DNA from: Candidatus Harrisonbacteria bacterium
GTDB lineage: Bacteria; Patescibacteriota; Minisyncoccia; UBA6257; WO2-44-18
Assembly (NCBI GenBank): GCA_016182295.1
Contig: JACOXP010000008.1
Span: 1 to 47,663, forward strand
Reading direction: 5' to 3'
Length of the DNA: 47,663 nt
Each line of letters begins with the position of its first letter. Position 1 is the stretch's first letter. Shown in pieces: positions 47,519-47,663 of the stretch. A program made the translations under genes and the position numbers. The notes beneath the pieces were generated by a model. The model did no database searches, was not told the DNA's origin, and saw only the letters and a list, made by a program, of their open reading frames with translations.

Positions 47519-47570
47519 ATTAGAAAAGCAGAATCCCAGCTTAATGGAAGCGGGAAAAAATATAAGAGAT

Positions 47571-47617
47571 GTCATGGGGGATAAAAATAAAAAGGAGCGC
47601 CCCTTATTGAGACGCTC
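47571..47617. repeat. Cassette-boundary unit 4
   Basis: GTCATGGG-ggataa-aaataa-aaag + hairpin gagcgcccc/gagacgctc. Confidence 0.75.
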
Positions 47618-47663
47618 GCGCACCAGATGTTTTACTTGGCGAGTGCATTTGCAAGTACTGTAA

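Noticed and set aside
46053..47617. CRISPR array or classical integron attC array
   Set aside because: Intervals are 417-651 bp and contain genes; no RYYYAAC/GTTRRRY boxes frame the hairpins; no cas or intI in the window.

Overview
Gene-dense bacterial window with features typical of Patescibacteria/CPR, probably Parcubacteria; this is an inference from the short trigger factor, short ValRS, phosphatase-inserted IleRS, pilin-like N-termini and leaderless starts. The backbone is housekeeping: ileS, trpS, rnj, tpiA, rmuC, nusA, hppA, tig, clpP, tyrS, tmk, ftsH, recG, tsaD, valS, prsW, hsp20 and six tRNAs. Five observations stand out. (1) A candidate integron-like cassette array at 46.0-47.7 kb, where single small genes and one toxin-antitoxin pair are separated by a recurring GTCATGGG + A-rich spacer + hairpin unit of fixed spacing; a degenerate copy lies at the left end of the window. 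(2) A pilin-anchored HExxH metallopeptidase gene boxed by ~180-bp inverted repeats (outer 67 bp identical) at the 3' end of tRNA-Gly. (3) A threonine operon, thrA-asd-[shikimate-kinase-like]-thrC, with a Thr-rich attenuator peptide and no thrB. (4) A tRNA-Ile with a UAU anticodon. (5) Several MITE/REP-like micro-elements and two candidate small RNAs behind DnaA-box promoters. All calls are by eye; no database search was run.
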